Origin: Mytilus trossulus
Lineage: Eukaryota
NCBI RefSeq assembly: GCF_036588685.1
Contig: NC_086384.1
Coordinates: 4,650,001-4,714,000 of the forward strand
Length of the DNA: 64,000 nt
Direction of reading: 5' to 3'
Within the stretch, counting starts at the first letter, position 1. Every line of letters begins with the position of its first letter. Below the pieces are notes generated by a model. That model did no database searches, was not told the origin of the DNA, and saw nothing but the letters and a program-made list of their open reading frames with translations. The position numbers and the translations under genes are program-made. Shown here piece after piece: positions 63,275 through 64,000 of this stretch.

Positions 63275-64000
63275 AACAAGTGTGCACACGCTGAAATGTC
63301 TCGCCTTCTTTAAGAATCATTGATATTATGTTGATAGTCCAAAATATAAAGCTTTATTACAACTGTCACATAAACTCAACCTTAACAAAGTAAACGAAAC
63401 ATTGATCAGTGAACCATGTCAGGCAGACATATACAGCTAACAATTTTTCCATACAACAAATATAGGTGACCTATTGCTTATAAATTAAGAAAAACAGACC
63501 AAAACACAAACACTTAACACTAAGCAATGAACCGTGAAAATGAGTTCAAGGTCAAATAAAACCTGCGCGACTGACATATAGATCATAAAATATTGCCATA
63601 CACAAAATATAGTTGACCTATTGCATATAGTATTAGAAAAAATAGACCAATACTCAAAAAATTAACATTTGACCACTGACCCATGAAAATGAGGTCAAGG
63701 TCAGATGACACCTGTCAGCTAGACATGTATACCTTTTAATCATTTCATACTTCAAATATAGTCGACCTATTCCATATTGTATAAGAAAAACTGATCAAAA
63801 CACAAAAACATAACTATAACCACTAAACCATGAAAACGAGGTCAAGGCCAGATGACACCTGTCAGTTGGACATGTACACCTTACAATCATTCCATACACT
63901 AAATATAGTCGACCTATTCCATATAGTATAAGAAAAATTTACCAAAACACAAAAACATAACTATAACCACTGAACCATGAAAATGAGGTCAAGGTCAGAT
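63275..64000 (-). mobile_element. Helentron-associated element, family B, truncated by the window end (older related fragment ~58500-59030)
   Basis: Reverse complement of the 3' end of 22417-23521 with CCATGAAAATGAGGTCAAGGTC units. Confidence 0.85.

Overview
AT-rich, intron-containing animal genomic DNA. The repeat families look like those of a bivalve, probably a mytilid mussel (inference from recalled repeat motifs, not a database match). Four host genes are supported. (1) The first two coding exons of a minus-strand gene with a ubiquitin-like N-terminus, running off the left edge. (2) A thymidine kinase 2 / deoxynucleoside kinase gene (+, nine reconstructed coding exons, 15058-26324). (3) A single-coding-exon PhyH-type 2OG-Fe(II) dioxygenase (-) ending in a CaaX box. 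(4) A divergently oriented three-exon DUF1647-like membrane protein (+). The rest is dense in mobile DNA: a decayed 5.0-kb Academ (AcademX-type, XPG nuclease plus Cys-rich tail) transposon with TIRs and a TAA TSD nested in a Helentron-like element, four families of Helentron-associated elements with internal tandem repeats, a 6.3-kb TIR-bounded composite element carrying a Penelope-like RT remnant, many MITEs, and about 8 kb of related minisatellites. The most notable non-coding signals are an intact minimal type I hammerhead ribozyme (50093-50136, -), a discrete 56-58 bp element with variable-length TSDs, a 40-bp TIR element, and tandem duplications that copy three TK2 splice sites. All calls were made by eye without tools; boundaries of decayed repeats are approximate.
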